This document shows positions 36,287 through 38,639 of a stretch of 38,639 bases of DNA, piece after piece. Both the position numbers and the translations under genes were made by a program. The DNA comes from Cercozoa sp. M6MM (lineage: Eukaryota; Protista; Endomyxa: Ascetosporea), in the NCBI GenBank assembly GCA_040357565.1, contig JBDODJ010000107.1; one strand, written 5' to 3'. A model generated the notes under the pieces. It saw only the letters and a program-made list of their open reading frames with translations, ran no database searches and was not told the origin of the DNA. The number at the start of each line of letters is the position of its first letter. The stretch's first letter is position 1.

Positions 36287-38558
36287 ATGCCTGTACCGTT
36301 TACTTGTGTTTCGCTTAGTCAATTTTGACTCAGGGCTGCGAAACTCACTTTCTTCCTAATCAGAGGTGAAAGTGTGTCCTTTTGTGTGTACAGACCGTGC
36401 AGTGCCACAAAGCGGAGCTTGAAGTGCTCCTGGGTCGTGAGATCACGGATGCCGGCTTTGAAGATGAATGCTTCGGGTAAACCTACCCCTGATCAAATTT
36501 AGAGTTTTCTTGTGGTTATTGTTCCGCGCGTACAGCACGGTGATGGAGCTTGACGAGGTCACCTCGGCTGCCGAGATGGCCGTATTCTGATCTACAAACA
36601 CTGATGCGTGTAAGTATACCCTTTTTGGCCACAGCGCCGCGAGATGGGCGCCGAGCGCGCTCAGGAGCGAGGCATGGAGCTTTCGGATGAGATTATCTAC
36701 AAGGTATGCTTATATGGTCCAAAAATACCCTGCGTGCAGATTGTATGCTTTGCCATGTCTATCTATGTAGGTGGACGTGCCTGCCAACCGCGCCGACATG
36801 CTCACTGCCGAAGGTATCGCCCAGGCACTTCGTGTGCAGCGCGGCGAGATGGCGGTACTTTTTCTCACACACACACACGTTTCCTCAAAGTTTTCAACTC
36901 GACTTTGCTGTGTACAGGTGCCGAACTACACGACGCGCCTGCCGCCGCCGTCGGAGCGCGTGCGCATCCTCGTGGACCCGTCGGTGCAGGACGTGCGACC
37001 GATTGTTGTCGGTGCCATTTTGACTCTCTATCGTTGGTCAAACCTTGATATGTATGCACACGTTTGACAGGTGCCGTGCTGCGTGGCGTCGATCTGACGC
37101 AAGGTCGTCGCTTCAAGCGTTTCGTCGAATTGCAAGAGGTACCACTAGAGTCGGGAGTGTGTAGACTTTGTCGATTGTTTTGTGCACGCAGAAGCTGCAC
37201 TTTAACGTGTGTCGCCGTCGCACGCTGGCGTCGATTGGCACGCACGACATGAGCAAGATCTCATTCTGCACGCGCGGCGGTGCCAAGACGGTGCACTACC
37301 TGGCGCAGGCGCCCGAGGATATCAGTACCCAAGCTTTGCATCTGACTGTACACGTGCTTGGTATGTGCTGTGCGATGGTGGCATGCATGATGATAACCTG
37401 CAGAGTTCGTCGCTCTTAAGACGGGCAAGAACAAGGACAAGCCGTCGGCTGATGAGGTAGACTTTTTGCATTTTTGTGTCCGTGGTGTGTCGGCACAACA
37501 TTCACATACGGTCGGTTGGACAGGTGCGCGACGGCCGACAGCTGTTCGAGTACCTGCAGGACCCGCAGAACGACACGGCCGTGGCCAAGTACTGCCCGTT
37601 GATCGAGCACCTGCCCAAGTGGTACGTTTTACTTGATGTTACCGACTATATCACCCCCCCCCCCTCCCGTGTAAGCCCGACCTAACTCAGGCCAGTGTTC
37701 CGTGACGGCAAGGGCCAGGTGCTGTCGCTGCCGCCTATTATCAACAGGTACCACCTCATGTAGAAATGCTCCTGTATCCTTGATACACCTTCCAATGTGA
37801 GCAGCGAGTACAGCAAGATGAGCGAGCAGACGCGCGATATCTTCATCGAAGTGACAGCCGTCGACAAGACCAAGGCCAAGGTGGCGCTTAACACGCTTGT
37901 GTGCCTCTTCTCGCAGTACTCGTCGACGCCCTTCGAGGTCGAGGCCGTCGAGGTGCAGCAGGCCAATGGTGAAGTCACCACGACGCCCGACCTGTCGCCG
38001 CTGCCGCTCAGCACCTCAGCCTCCTACGTTTCCAATGGTATCGCACTGACTTATCCCCCCCCCCCCTCCACCTCTTGCCCAATATCCTTTACGCCATGTC
38101 CCCAGGAATCGGCCGCAACGTCGAACTGTCGCCCTCGAAGGTGGCCTCGATGCTCACGGCCATGCAGCTGCCGGCCACGGCGCGCGGCGACTCTATCGAG
38201 GTGCAGGTGCCGCCCACACGCACTGACATCTTGCACGAGGTACTTGGTCCATTTGTGCACCGTCCATTTGTCCATGTACTGACACTTACACTTTGTTACA
38301 GGTCGATCTGCTCGAGGATGTGGCCGTTGCTTTCGGTTACAACAACGTGCCGCGCACGTTGCCGCCCACGCGTACTCAGGTAGCGACTGATCTCACTGGT
38401 TGATGATGCACGGTGATGTATCAACTGACTGAGGGAAGCGATGATGATGGACGGACGGTATGGGTGTGTGTGCAGGGCGGTGTGCAGCCGGTGAATCACC
38501 TGAGCGACCTTCTGCGCGTCGCGTGTGCCTCGGCCGGTTTCACTGAGGTACGGATGAT

Positions 38559-38639
<81 letters not shown>
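36287..38639 (+). CDS. FARSB: phenylalanine--tRNA ligase beta subunit (3' end outside window)
   Basis: MPTV..[85 protein letters not shown]. Confidence 0.96.
38559..38639. repeat. (TC)n microsatellite in a FARSB intron
   Basis: direct observation. Confidence 0.95.

Overview
Eukaryotic (protist-like) nuclear DNA, gene-dense and very intron-rich (most introns about 40-100 nt, GT-AG). Bases 1-6369 are an apparently intact Ty3/Gypsy chromovirus-type LTR retrotransposon: end of the 5' LTR, PBS, a single gag-PR-RT-RH-IN-chromodomain ORF interrupted by a 100-N assembly gap, PPT and a 455-bp 3' LTR. The rest holds about 13 spliced host genes that I assembled by hand: coiled-coil+RCC1-repeat protein, CCCH+LOTUS protein, F-box protein, PEX11, AFG2B/SPATA5L1, RPB6, a very divergent RBBP5/Swd1, alpha-tubulin, a FYVE protein, an orphan nuclear protein, a SPEC3/Stum membrane protein, a RING-less membrane-anchored RGLG-type copine, and the 5' part of FARSB. 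The most unusual signal is the LTR itself. It is ATG-free, appears to carry 3-4 consecutive host-sized spliceosomal introns, and has nested inverted repeats that pair its splice sites with each other, suggesting a splice/no-splice switch. The host also has strikingly degenerate 5' splice sites. All gene models and family calls are by-eye inferences without RNA data or database searches.
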